Assembly (NCBI GenBank): GCA_028534125.1
Contig: CM052852.1
Coordinates: forward strand, 94,550,001-94,614,000
From: Lama glama
Lineage: Eukaryota
Length of the DNA: 64,000 bases
Reading direction: 5' to 3'
The notes under the pieces: generated by a model
The model's database searches: none
Told to the model about the DNA's origin: nothing
The model's input: only the letters and a program-made list of their open reading frames with translations
Program-made: the position numbers and the translations under genes
Part shown: positions 48,831 to 61,969 of the stretch, piece after piece
Layout: each line of letters starts with the position of its first letter
How positions within the stretch are numbered: position 1 is the first letter of the stretch

Positions 48831-51519
48831 TGAATTCCACTGGATCCAGGCATCCTGGCTGGGCCCCTGACAGGGAGGAAGATGCTTTTCAAAATCCCAA
48901 GCCTCTGACTCTGCTGGATGTCAAAGGCCCCTGCCCTCTGCTTGCCCATCTGATGTGATTGCAAGGTACATGGTCGTTCCTCCCCGCGACCTTTCTGTGG
49001 TCTGCGCCTCAGTGGGTCCCAGCTCAGACCAGGGCTGAGGAGTGGCTGTGCGTGCATGTGGCCCCATGCACATGTGCAGCTGTGTGTGTGCAAATGGCTG
49101 GGATGAGTGTGATGTGGGATCCCCGGCAGGGAGGCTCAGGATATTTCTATCACACGGAAAAAGAGGAGGCAGAGCTCAGGGCCTCTCCTGGGAGCAGCCG
49201 AGGAAACCAGTGTTCCTGTGCTGCCGGGGTGGTGAGGCCGGAGCTGCCTCGTTCTCCTGTCACCACCGGGCCAGAACCTGAGCTCTGGAGTGAAACCATC
49301 AGCCCAGAGCAAACTCAGAAAGCAAACCTAACTGAGGGATATTCACCCTGAGGAGCCCTTAGGAACTTGGGGGCTGGGAGCAGGTATAGAGGAAAAGAAG
49401 CCCAACTTATAAGCCAAACCCTAGGGAAGCTTCAGGAGGGGGCTTCCCCCCGCACTCCCAGCGCCCTCCACAGGGCGCGCCCCACAGGCTGACTGCTGCT
49501 CGTGTGGGACAAGGACAGGAAAGCGAAGAGCGGTTCCTTTGCGGATCCGTGGCCTCTCCCATAAATCAAGGTTAGAAGCCCGAGGAACTCATCATCCTAG
49601 GACGAAGCAATAGCCTGAACAAAGGCACTGACCCTGAAGAGCATGGGAATTCCTGCAGGCTACAGCGGGGAGTGCAGCTTGTCTGGAGATACGTGAAGGG
49701 CAAGTGGGAGAAAGTAGGCTCAACGCTAAGCTGGGGGCTTCACCCTGAGGGGAAGGGGAGAGAAGTCTACGAGAGTTTTGGCGAGGGTGGGGCATATCGG
49801 AAAGGACACTCGGGGGGCGGTGTGGAGGACGGACCGAATGAAGGCAAGATTCAGGCACGGAGAGACAAAGAGGAGACCACGGTCGAGGACGGCGGTGGGG
49901 TGGGGGATGAGCAGATGGTTGAGGAGATGCTTAGGAGACAGGCTGAGCAGAGCTGGGGCAGTAGCAAGGGGCTGGGGAGCAGGCCTGGATGTCAAGGAGA
50001 TGATGGCCAATTGTGGGCGATGGGCTTGATTTGAAGGCAGGCTTGACTGCGGGAAGCAAGAGTCCAGTCAGAGGTGACTCAAGCTTTCTAAAGAGCCAGG
50101 AGCAGAAACAGTGAACATAGAAGAGCCTCCGTAGAGTGCCTGTGTGGGTGGAGGGGCTTGGGGGCAACAGGAGTGCAGAGGCCTGTCCCGACCAGTTAGA
50201 ACTGGAGGTCTTGGCAGCCAGCAGAGTGCAAATGCCTAGCAGGCAGTTGGGAAGAGAGGGCAGCTCTGGAGAGAGCAACCTGACCTTGACTGCATGACAT
50301 GACTCAACCTTCAATCAGGCCAGAAGGAGGTCACTGACTGGGAACAGAGGCTCAGACAAGTTGGGCCATCTTGGCCTTCAGCTTGGCACAAGGCACGTGC
50401 CGAGAAGCCTGACAGTCGTGAGGTCTCACAACTTATGATCTGCCTCCCGAAATATGGCTTGAAGGCGATGCCTCTGACTTAGGTTTGGAAGAGAAAATGT
50501 TTATACAACCATTTATTCCATTCGTACATTAACTTTCCGCTTCACAACTAAATGTCTCTACTAATTAAATACATTTATTTTAACTGCAGAAGCATTTATT
50601 CCCAAAATAAGGACATGTTAATTATCTGCAGAGTGAAATTAACCCTAGGATGCTAATCTATACATCCATCCGCCTGGATATACATTACCCACGGATGCCT
50701 GGTTGCACTGCCAGTCATTTCACAGAGCTGCTCAACACACTCCTGAACATAGGCCCTCTGGCCACTTGCCTGGATCCACATCCTCCTTGTCATCCTCTTA
50801 CTGAGAACTGCATCGTGGTATGGAATGTGGAATTTTAATATTACCATGCTCATTCCAAACCTGAGGCTAGCGAGTCAAGATTCACAAGCACGTGCCAATA
50901 TGATTCAAGGGCATTCTTGCTGGGAGAGAAGGTAACTGTCTCCGATTACCCTGAGGAGTTTTTTGCTCATGTTTTATGAGAACTGACACCTTAATTCTCT
51001 TGTCACTGACACTTCCTAGACACGGGTACATATCTGTAATTCTCATGATAAGTCATTAGTATTAATTAAGCACATCAATAGCATCATTTAGCTAGTCAGT
51101 CAACATCTTCTGAGAGCTCCAGTGGTGGGGGCAGCCCCAACTCAGAGCACTGGAGAGTTAATCAGGGAAGAAATGCAGCATGGGGAAGAGGGAGTTTTCT
51201 AGAAAGATGGGTGTTCTTGCCTTCACAGCCGCTGGGGAGTCACTCACAGCAACCTCAAGAAGGAGTGGGGTCCTCTTTTACAATATGACATCTGTTTTAC
51301 TCATCTGCACAATGGCGCCCCATGTCTTGTAGCTGTCTGGCATCAGAGGGAGGAGCTTCAGGCAGAGCACAAGGCAAGTGGCTCAAGCAGGGATTGGGCA
51401 GCTCTGTGGGCCAAATTCTGGCCTTTGGTCCACCAAGCCTGGTCCATCACATGTACACAGGCGGCAGAGTTTTGATAGTTAAAAGGATCCCTTCCTACCT
51501 TCTTCACTCTCTCCCTTCC

Positions 51520-51770
51520 GTCCATCCTTTCTTCCTTCAAGAATATTTACTGAGCGTTTACTATGTGCCAGACACTGAAGAATGGAGGGACATTAGTGAG
51601 TAAATGAAAGGCCCTGCTCCTAGGGAGCTGAGCACCTAGTGAGGGGAGACACTTATAAATAAATGAACCAACAATCACACTCGAACAATACGGCAGGTAG
51701 TAAGACACGTTATAAAGAAACACAAAGGAGGATGAGGGGACAGAAGTGATGAGAGCAGATGCTATCTTAA
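51520..51770 (-). mobile_element. L2 3' end
   Basis: ccttcaagaatatttactgagcgtttactatgtgccagacactg...cctgctcctagggagct. Confidence 0.8.
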
Positions 51771-51962
51771 TACCACGCAGTTCCCTTGCACCACATACCG
51801 GTCCAATGTGTGGGTTCCCTACTCAGACAGACGCACAAGTCCAATGAAGTGGCCCTATGTATCATACAGCAACTCTGGCTCCATGGATGGGTAAGTATTC
51901 ACTGGTGACCAGAGGTCTTCAAAATCTTTTTGCATCTCCACTCCCAGTCTTCCCTGGGATGA

Positions 51963-52121
51963 CTTTTTTTAAATTTTTAAATTTGGGGGGGTTTGTTTTG
52001 GGAGGGGGAGAGGGTAGGTAATTAGGTTTATTTGTTTATTTTTAATGGAGGGACTGGGAATTAAACCCAGGACCTCGTGCATGCTAAGCACACACTCTGC
52101 CACTGAGCTCTACCCTCCCCA
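51963..52121 (-). mobile_element. Camelid tRNA-Ala-derived SINE, long form
   Basis: Reverse complement ggggagggtagagctcagtggcagagtgtgtgcttagcatgcacgaggtcctgggtttaattcccagtccctcca...aaacctaattacc; TSD cttccctgggatga at 51949-51962 and 52122-52135. Confidence 0.93.
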
Positions 52122-53149
52122 CTTCCCTGGGATGATTTTTTTTCTCTCTCGGTATTTATTCTCAGTCTCTTGCTGTTACCCAGACAATCCATTGCAGGGA
52201 TTACATGGGTTCAGCCCACGTGTCTCAACTGAAGTGTAGCACCTTCTCATGTAATACCTGTGTGTCCAGTAGACTGCACGCCCCAAGGGGGCATGAGAGT
52301 CAGAAGGAAGGAAGACCCTCCTGCTCTTGCGCACCCAGACTCAGCAGGCCTGCGTGGAGTGGCAGGGTGACTGGAATACATTTTCACCTTTTTAAAGTGC
52401 TAGCTGGGTGCTACTGGAACTACAGACTTTAAACACTCACGTGGCTTTCCTAGCCAAGTACCATGTGCCAATGTCTACAGAAAAACAGAGGTCCTTACCA
52501 TCTATTTTTCCCCTGGGGTAGCAGATTTCTCTTGGCAATCTCCTGGCTCTCAACGAGTCATAGGACAAATAATGAGATGTTTCAACTCCATAAATGACAG
52601 ACAGGTTGGGCTCAAGGTGAGTAAAAGAGGCTCGAACTGAACGGACCTCGATCTTTTTGAAAGTGATCTAGAAGATGGCATTGCCAAACATCAAGACCAT
52701 GTAAGGTTATATTAAAGAGTTCCAAATTTAGATTTTAAGCCCCAAATCCTATAACCTGATATGCATCGCTGATTGTAGGGTGTGGAAGAAATCTGGGAAA
52801 ATAAGGATGTACATAGGCCATTTGACACATACATTTTTTAAACACACTAGATTCATATGTTGTACTCTAAATTCAAGGTGTTTGAATTTTGCTTTGCTTG
52901 GTGTAATTATCTGGAAGACATAAGTCTAGGTAGATTACAATTATGCTATATCAATCTGTTCGTTTGTTTTTGCCCATCTCCTCCCACAAGACTGAGTGTT
53001 CCATGACTGTTCTGTGTACTGCTGTATCCCCCGTGTCTGAATGAAGTCTGGCCCAGAGTAGATACTCAACAAACATTTGCTGCATGAATGAATGACACAA
53101 CTGCAGCAGGCCTCTGGGAGAACACAGGCTGCCACCCCTTAAGGTACTA

Positions 53150-53560
53150 GGCTGCCTGGAGTGGGTTGTTTGCTTGCTTTCTATACACTTTTGAGAGCGC
53201 TCTACGTATTCTGGATATAAGGCCTTTGTCAGATATGTGCTTTGCAAATATTTTCTTTTAACAGTGTCTTCTGAAGAGCTGAAATCTTTAATTTTGACAA
53301 AGTCCAGCTTATATTCGGTTCTTCTATGGTTTGTGTTTTTGGTGTCATGTCTGATTTTTTTTTTTCCTAAGCCAAGATCACAAATATTTCCTCCTGTATT
53401 TTCTTCTAGAAGTTTTACAGTTTTAGGATTGAAACGTAGGTCTGTGGTTCATTTCAAGTTAATTTCTGATTATGGTGAGGTAGTGGTAAAGGTTCAGGTT
53501 TTTGGCATGTAAATACCCAATTGTTCCAACATTTGTTGCAAAGATTATCCTTTTCCCACA
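53150..53560 (-). mobile_element. Old L1 ORF2 fragment, antisense
   Basis: tattctggatataaggcctttgtcagatatgtg...tttcttctagaagttttacagtttta...cccaattgttccaacatttgttg. Confidence 0.85.
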
Positions 53561-53754
53561 AATGCAGCAGTATCTATCGCAGCACACTACTGGAAACAAC
53601 GTAAGTGTTCCTCAGTAGGGCACCAGTTAAATAAACTCCAGTACATCTACACACTGGAAATCCATGGCACAATTAGAAACCATGAAACAGCTCTATATAC
53701 ACATTCAAAGGTAAAATCCATTTGCATTCCTATGAACTATGAACTGTCTGTTCA

Positions 53755-54275
53755 TATTCTTTCATTCAATAAAGATTCACTGAGTTCCTGTTGTGGGCCA
53801 AGCACAGTTCTAGGCACTGAGGACAGAGCAGTGCTACCTAGCGGGAGGAAACAGACAATAAACAAAGAATTAGCAACACATCAAGTCTGATGATGGTAAG
53901 AGCCAAGGAGAGAAATAAATCAGGGTAATAAAGGTAGGGATTGTGGGACTGGAGGGTGGCAATTTCAAAGAGAGTAGACATGGAAGGCTTTACCAAGAAG
54001 GTAACATTTGAGTGAAAGCTTAAAGGAGGTGAAGGAGTGAGCCACACAGACATTTGGGAGAAAAGCTTTACAGGCCGCGGGACCAGCAAGGCCTTGAGCT
54101 GAGAGCTACCGGAGGAGAATGAAGAGGCAAGTGTGGCGAGAGGAGAGTGAGGAAGCGGAGGGGAGCAGGAGATGAGTGGGGGCAGGTGGCAGACCGTGCA
54201 GCCTTGCAGGTTACTGTGAGGACTCTGGCTCTAAGGAAGATGGACAGTGACTGGGGGGTTTCGGCAGAAGAGGGA
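53755..54275 (-). mobile_element. L2 (L2a-like)
   Basis: ttcattcaataaagattcactgag...ctaggcactgaggacagagcagtg...aggtaacatttgag...aaggagtgagcca. Confidence 0.85.
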
Positions 54276-54597
54276 CAGGTTTATCTCATTGATTTCCTGT
54301 GTCTAGTTTTTTCTAAAACCCTATTAAATATGAAAGGTATTATTTATTTAAATCAATTTTCTGCATCAGAAGTTGCATTGAATCTGTTAATGTAGGATGA
54401 TTTGACATTTTTGTATTATTGAGTCATTCTATACAAAACCAGGATGTGTCTTTCCATATATTCCAATCTTCTGCCATGTCCCTCGACAGTTTCTCTCATG
54501 TAAATACTGCATATTTCTTGTTAAGTTTATTCTTGTTTTTTTAACATCCTTTTTTTGGACTATTTTCAACGTGGCCCTCTATACCCTTGTTCCGTAT

Positions 54598-54816
54598 CAG
54601 GGACAGGCAAACTATGGCCTGCAGGCTAAATCCAGTCCACTAGCTGTTTTTGCAAATAGTTTTATAGTGAAGTTTAAATAGCCATTCATTTGCATGTTGT
54701 CTATGGCTGCCTTGGTGCTACAGCGGCAGAAACGGCAGTTATAACAGACCCTATGACCTGCAAAGCCCAAACTACTCATTAGCTGCCATTTACAGAAGAA
54801 AGTTTGCTGACCTTCA
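54598..54816 (+). mobile_element. MER58A (hAT-Charlie MITE)
   Basis: cagggacaggcaaactatggcctgcaggctaaatccag...ttgtctatggctgc...tttacagaagaaagtttgctgacc; degenerate 8-bp TSD ttccgtat/tgctgtat. Confidence 0.88.
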
Positions 54817-55061
54817 TGCTGTATTTTCTATATTTTCAATCTGGTTGTTTTTTGAATAAAGGAAAGCTGTCATATTTGTCTATTAATTTTATACCCAGCT
54901 ATCTTACTATGTGTTTTTACTTTTTAATAGTTTTGCAATGTTTTTCTTAGGTTTTCCAGGTATAACATCTGCCAACATTAATAATTCTACTTGTTAATAT
55001 TTTATTTAGAATTTTTATAGCTATATTCACATGAGAAACTGGCTTTAACTTTCTTTTGTGT

Positions 55062-55775
55062 TTATCAATCTGGGTTCACACAGAAAGACAGAGCCACATA
55101 AGTATCCTACAATTGTTACTTTAGAGATCTGAGCTTGTTTTAATTTTGAATTATTTGGATTACATGAATTATTTTTGCAGTAATACTGCAAGGGGGTCCA
55201 AGTGAAAATTAGGGCCTATTACTGGATGATGCAAAAATTAATTCTAGGCAGGCCAACAACAACTATCCATTATGCAAAAGATTGATAAATTTGACTAATG
55301 ATTAATTTAAATTACTTTAATTAAAACAGAAATCTGGGCTTATTTAAATTTGGGGAAAGCTGGTGGTGAAGGTCAGCAGTAAAAGTTGCTGTAGGAAGGT
55401 CCATGAAGCAGACACTAAAGGTTCAAGTGTGATGCATGGGAGTGAGGGATCCTCAAATTCTTACTTGGAAACTGTTGAAATTCTAAGAGCCTCTGAGAAA
55501 CCTTCCATACTGCAGCAACAAAGCAGTGGTTCTCAAGCCATCCACAAGCCATCCACAAGAAGCCGCCACAAACCTCCCATCTGTCCCTACGTCTGATTGC
55601 ACTATATCGAGAGACGAATGATCTCTGCTTCCCTTGTCTCCCCTAAATCTCATGAGAATTTCTCTCACTTGGCCAACTCCACCCCAGAACACTTACAGGG
55701 CAGCTGATTCTGAGAAATGGACTCCCTTTTTTTTTTCCTTCAAGGGATGAGAGTGATGCCAAGTTGACAGCAGAC
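55062..55775 (-). mobile_element. Old ERVL/MaLR-class LTR-like block
   Basis: tatcaatctgggttcacacagaaagacag start and tgattctgagaaatg...gccaagttgacag end; family uncertain. Confidence 0.4.
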
Positions 55776-58649
55776 AATCTAGCATCTTTTTAAAGTTTTG
55801 GTATCAATGCTTCCTCTGAACTCTAAATAGATAATCAGTTTTTGTGATTAGTCCATGAGCCCTTGAAAAAAATGATATATTCTCTAATTTGAGAATATAG
55901 AACAAATCTACCTTACTGATTAGCTAATAAAAAGGTAGATTTAAAACCTGAGTTTAATAATATATCTTATTAATTTGGTCAAGTCCTCTACAATTACTTA
56001 CTTTTTATTTATCATGGAATAATGGAGCTAAACTTAAAACTCCTACTCTGCATGTGTTTCTGCTTCTCTGTGTATTCCTCTACATTTGTCTTGTAACTTC
56101 TGATGACCTGTTACTTGGTGCATAGATAGTCACTGCTCTTAGATTTACATTATGTATTGTACCCTGCCCTTCTTTGTCTCATTTTTCCTTGAATTCAACC
56201 TTGTCTGATAGTAATTTTCAGATGTCTGCTTTCCTTGTATTTCCATTTGTCTTATATGTCTTTGCCCATTCTTTTGCTTTTGATTTTTCTGAGTCATTTC
56301 ATTTAGGTAAGTATCATATAGTTAGTACTTAATTGTATTTTGCTCTCTCAGTTCAATGAGTCACTTTTTCTGTCTATTAAAATGGTATATATATTTAGTA
56401 TGAGTGTTACAACTTTTAAAACTTTGATTTTCTTCTTTGCTTTGTATTGTGTTTCCTGTTCAAAGGTGTAGTCTCTTTTCACACCTAATGAATGTCTCTC
56501 TAATAATTTTACATATTATGTGTAATCCTCTATTTAGCTAGTATCTATTGGCTCTTCAAGAACAGTAATAAACTGAATGAATATACCCCTACTTCCCCTT
56601 CCCTCCATCTCAATTTTGTAGGGTATGCTATTCATCTTAATTCTTCTTGTTCTTTTAGTGATTAACTTTATACATTTAAATATGTTTATACCTTTTAAAC
56701 TTTAACTGCCACCCTTAAAAACATTTTTTGATCTCTACTAAGAAAAATAAGAAAGTCACCTTATATGCACAATCTCACTTTCTCTCCCCTTTTGCCCCCT
56801 AACTTTTGTTATTGCAGTATTTCTCCATTCTCATGTTTGACTATATTAACATTTTGTCTTTAATGGTAATTCCCATGATTGTTTTAACCTTTATCTACAG
56901 TTTTACATTTATTTTTGCTGCAGGTTTTCCCATTCATTTTTTGGGTTCAACTTCATCTTCTAGCAGCTTCTTCAAAAAAGTGTTCATGGGAACAATACTC
57001 CCTGAGTTCTTGCATATTTGGAAACATTTGTCTGTTGCCAGGATAATTCAAAGGTAATTTAGCTAGGTAAAAGTTATTGGGTCATATTGTCTTTTCCTGA
57101 AGACTTTATAAGGATTCCTTCACTGTCTTCTAATGTTCAATAGGGGAAGTCTGAAGCCAACCTTTGTTGTTTTTTTTTTTTTAATTGTTATAGGTAGTTT
57201 GATCATTTGGGTACCCACAGGATTTTTTCCTTTATCTTTTAATTAAGGAAATTTTACTAGACTATGGTTCTATGCTAATATTTTTTCCCCTTAAGATATA
57301 CTGTGTCCTGTCACTCTTTAGGTTCAGATCTTCTTTAATATCAGGAAAGATTTAAAAAGTATATCTTGGAATATTTTCTAATTTTTTTAAACTTTTTTCT
57401 TCAAGAAGAAAACATTTACACTTACATGGTCTCCCCTTTGCCTGTCTTCCACATCTACAATTTTCCTCTAATCACTTTAAAATTTATCTATTTCATTTTG
57501 CTCAATTGCCTCAAAGCTGTCATCCATATTTCTGTCGCCATCAGTGTTTACTACTACATTAGCTAACAGTACGATGACACGGCGTCATCAGTTACTCCTG
57601 TTTGCAAGGAAGTCATCATTTCTGTGATGATTTTGGTTTTCCTTTCCACTTTGTGTGACAGACACAGCCAGCTCACTTTTAATCTCCTTCTGCAGCCTTT
57701 CTTGATTCCTTATGCCTCGGCACTGAGCTTGTAATTCATAAAGGACTTTTTGTTGTTATTTGAATTCTTAGACAAATATTTATTCATGATTTTCATCAGT
57801 TCCACGTCAAAATGCCTGTATTGGGTAGGCGTAGTTTGCCTTTTTGTCCTGTAATTTCTCACCATTTGGTGATACTTTTGTACAGATCTCCTGGTTCCTT
57901 TTTCGTTATTAGTCAGCCTTGAATGAGCAGAAATTTTCCTAGATCAGATATTTAAAAGGAATAGTGTGGAGGAGGGGCCCGGGCAATGTTCTGGGTCAGC
58001 AGAAAATCCAACTCCCCCTAAATTCTTTATGATTCACCATCTTGTGGGAGAAGATTGGCGGGGTGCGGAGTGTTATGGATTTTTTTGTGTACGTGAAAAG
58101 ACTGGGTGACTGACAAGTGGCTTAACCATTATTTCTTTTTCGTTCACACCAAAAAAAAAATGGCTGCTACAGAGTTGCTGAACACCCACAAGTTTTCCTC
58201 CACATGCTGCACATTTAAAAGATAGAGTATCTGTGAGTTTTCTCACTCATTCCTGCTTTCCCTGCCATTTTAAAGTACCCAACAGGGCTCAGAAACATCC
58301 TGCAACCAAACATGCGCCCAGATCTTATTGTTCCAAGTAAAGGACTATTGGATTTGCCCTCAGAGTAGACTATCTGCTTTGGAGAATTTACTGAAAGACA
58401 TTTCTCCTCTGCGGGCATCCCGATCACTTCATTCCAGTGTTCACTGCACATGACATCCCATCTTACATCTGTGGCTCATGATTATAGGTGTTTCCATTCC
58501 AACAAAAATTGGGTTTTCATCTTTGTTTCTCATTTTTTTTCCAATTGGGCTTCCGAGATAATTCAAGACATCTTTACTCCAGTATCTTAAAATTAATGTC
58601 TGGAAGGAACCTAGCTTGCTCAGTGTTTATCTGCTGGGTCTGTACGTGG

Positions 58650-59085
58650 TGTGGCAGAGACTGCTGCCTGTTCACCAGAATCTATTTCCTCTTCTTCATA
58701 AATACACAAGAAGACTAATTTCCCAGCCTCTTTTGCAATTGTATGTGGCCATGTGATTGAGCGTTAGCCAGTGGGATTTGAGCAGAAGCAAGGTATACCA
58801 ATTGTAAGCTTTGCCTATTAAAACTCCCCAACATGCACTCTTCTGTGCCTTCCTCCTTCTGCCTGATTAAGTTGGAGATAACCCTGGTGACACTGAAAAC
58901 CAAATGCTAAAGAAGGCGGAGCCTCCTTCAGCCTGGAGCCTTAATGACTATGTGGAACAGAGCTCCCTGCCAATCTGGGACCGTCCTGGATCGTTACACG
59001 AGCAAGAAATAAGCTTCTGCGGTGTTCAGCCATTAGATGTGTGGGTTTCTTTGTTACTGCAGCCTAGCCTAATCAAAATAATACA
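58650..59085 (+). mobile_element. MaLR solo LTR (MLT1J-like)
   Basis: tgtggcagagactgct...atttcccagcctc...tggccatgtgatt...ttgttactgcagcctagcct...taataca. Confidence 0.85.
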
Positions 59086-61969
59086 GTGGGGAAGGCAAGA
59101 CAGTGGGGAAGCCTATTCAGTGTATAGCCAGCTATCCTTAGCGATGAGTTATAAAAGTTAAAAGCAGCAGACACCAATGCTGGCTGACTCATCATACACC
59201 AGAACAAGCAGTGATACGATGCCAGAGAAAGATGCCACGGCTACAACGAGGGACGACCAGTGTTACGGACAGGAAAGGAAGAACAGAAGCCAACCACTGG
59301 AATCCTTGTATAAATTATGGAAGACTGGGGCCTACTTGTATATAAAATGCAGGAAGGGAATGAGACAGGGAAATGGAGGTGAATCACAGATACAACTATT
59401 TGCCTATAGGAGAATTTAAAGGAAATGCTTCCTCTACTGATTTCATGCTGAAGGCCTCCTCCAGCTGTTCAACTCTCTATACCTAAGTAAGAGAGCATAA
59501 TCCAGACCTCCCGGGACCCAGACATGAGCTGCACCAGGTAGCTGCTGGGTAGGAAGGAAAAGATCCAGCCCCCAGAGCAGCCCCTCTGGCCACTGCCATC
59601 CAGCCAGCTCATGTCCACAGAAGGCTTTTCAAGTTTCCCCTTCCCCTAAAGTGGCTCTGAATTCCAGACTTCCTCCTAGGTCCCGTTTCTGCTTCTTTTC
59701 ATACAACGTCCAGTCCCTGAGTGCCTATCAGACACTAAGCACCATACTACTAAGAAGAAAGACAGTGACCTTCTACCAACGCCTGATGGGGCTGAAGACA
59801 GGCTCCCTCTCTCAAGGAGCTTGTGGTCTCCCCATGGGCAGTGCCCTCACTCCTCAGGCCCGATGGACTGGGGACAAGCTAGCAATCTTCAGTGGACTGA
59901 CTGGAGAGCTAATTAAGATTCAGCGAAATGGTCCTTATTTGCAGGGACCCCCTTCCAATGCTCTGCAGCTGATCTTATACTTGTGATTTGGAATTCTTTA
60001 TCTCAAAGAGGTTCCTCAAATTATATAAGCTTCGGGCCCTCTAAAACCTGGATCTGCTCCCTGGAAGCCAAATAACAGGATCAGAAATAACTTTCAGGGC
60101 TCATCGGGTGCTGGAGCAGTCATGGTTAGCTATTCAAATAAAAATGCAGAGAATCTGCAGGACCTTCAGGCTGAAACCAAGCCTTCTCTGCTGACAGCGT
60201 GACTGCCGGAGAACAGACAGCGGGCCATCTCCACCTGCTGGCAGCCGACCAAAACTGCGGCACATCGCCCTGACTTCGGACACTGGGCTTTCTTTCCCTG
60301 TAAGTGAATGCATAAAATCAATTGAGCCACACCACATGGAGTTAGGAACACGGAAGGACTCGCCACCACTCCCCCCACAACAAAGCCATTACTTTCATTT
60401 TGAGGAACCCCTTTCCACCCCCTGCTCACAGGCGCTCCGTTTTACATGGCTAGAGTGTTGGCTAGACAGTCCTGCTTTGTAGAAGGCATTTTTCCCCCAC
60501 CCATCATAAGCATTTCACATGCTCCGATGTTGTCTTCATAGTCAGCTGTTTTAATTGCCGCATCATGATGGGTCCTGAGTGATGCCGGAAGTCCTATTCA
60601 GGTAGCTTCCATCTATTGCTTTTACAGATAATGCTGCACTTTCGAGTAGAGAACTTCGTCTTTACCAGGCATGGTTTCAAGAACTGGGGTGACCAAATCC
60701 CATTCCGTACCCTGGCTGAGCGGAAGCAGGATTTCAAAGGACAGGGTGGCCTGGCTTAGACTCAGAGCTCGGCATATACATAGTGGATGAAAAAAAAATG
60801 AATGAAGATGGGAAAGAGGGAGCCTGTCAGTCAGCAAATGACATGCAAAGCAACCCTGAGGGGAACTGTTCCAATTCGCACACTCCCTGGAACATTCCAG
60901 TGGGCCAGTCTGACCACACTCTGATCAACACTGACAACTCTCATTCAGAGAATTTCAACCAGGAGGTTTTTGCCATTCTGCTCTGGAATCGCTGCTTTAA
61001 CAATTTACATACTCAGTCAAACGGAGAATCTGGTGAATTATTTATAGCAATTTCGCTTCACAGATTGAAAGGGCATTCTACATTAATCAATTACGAATCA
61101 TGATAAATTGCTTTCTAAAAATTATACACGCGGAATGGAGAAATTGCCAAGCCCTTTGACCAGGCACACCCACCTCCAGTGCACAGGCATCCTGCCGAGA
61201 GCTTCAAGACCAGCAAGGCCCACAACCCTGCCCACCGCTGTGAGCCTGGGATGGGGTTATCAAGCTCAAAATATCCAAGTCGGCACACTTTCTCAGTGGC
61301 ACGCCTGCCCCTGGAGAATTCCAGAGACAAGGAGGCAGGGTGTCTGTCCCCAAGCAGCTCATTCTAGGGAAAGAGATGGGGCCAGGGCAGAGTCACGAAT
61401 ATTCAGAAAGACTTGCTGAGTTCTTAAAGACAGTTCCAAAAATGCAGGGAGAAATTCAATGAGACAGGGCAGGGAGCTGGGGAGAGACAGTGGCTTCCGG
61501 AAGAAGTGTCACTGGCGACATTTTAGACCAGTTAGATCCTGATGGAAAGCAGGAAGAAGGGCCGGGGCGGTCCAGTCAGAAAGCACTGCGTGAGGAAAGG
61601 TCTGGAGGCAGGGAAGCGCAGGCAGCCGCAGCAGAATGTGGTCGGATCCCAGCTCGGGCTCTGCAGGAGGGCCCCCCCCACCAGCAGTGGGCTCTCTGGC
61701 TTGGCAGGAGGCCACCGTGGCTGGGAAACGCACAGACCAAGATGGGGCCTGTCTGAGGCTCAGCCCAGCAATGAGGCTGGCTGCTGACCTTAGCTGCCCC
61801 TTACCTGGTGTCCTCACAGCTCTGAAGGCCATCCTCAGGTTGTGCCAAGACGGATGCCCATCGGGACATGGTTGTCAAGAGCCCCTGACTTGTTTTGTGT
61901 GCTTTAAGAAGACATAAGTGAAGCAGCGAGGTCTCCCAAGAGAGGGCAGAAGTGGGGTGGGCCCCCAGG

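Larger units (their letters stand above)
54280..57900 (-). mobile_element. Very old, fragmented antisense L1 (L1ME/HAL1-like) with nested elements
   Basis: T-rich antisense L1 phrases (attgaatctgttaat...tattgagtcattctatac; gaagtctgaagccaacc; tcaggaaag) interrupted by MER58A and an LTR-like block. Confidence 0.6.

Noticed and set aside
51836-52625. Plus-strand donors (GG|GTAAGT near 51890, AAG|GTGAGT near 52616) as exons
   Set aside because: Acceptors are weak and there is no coding signal, so they cannot be told from background.
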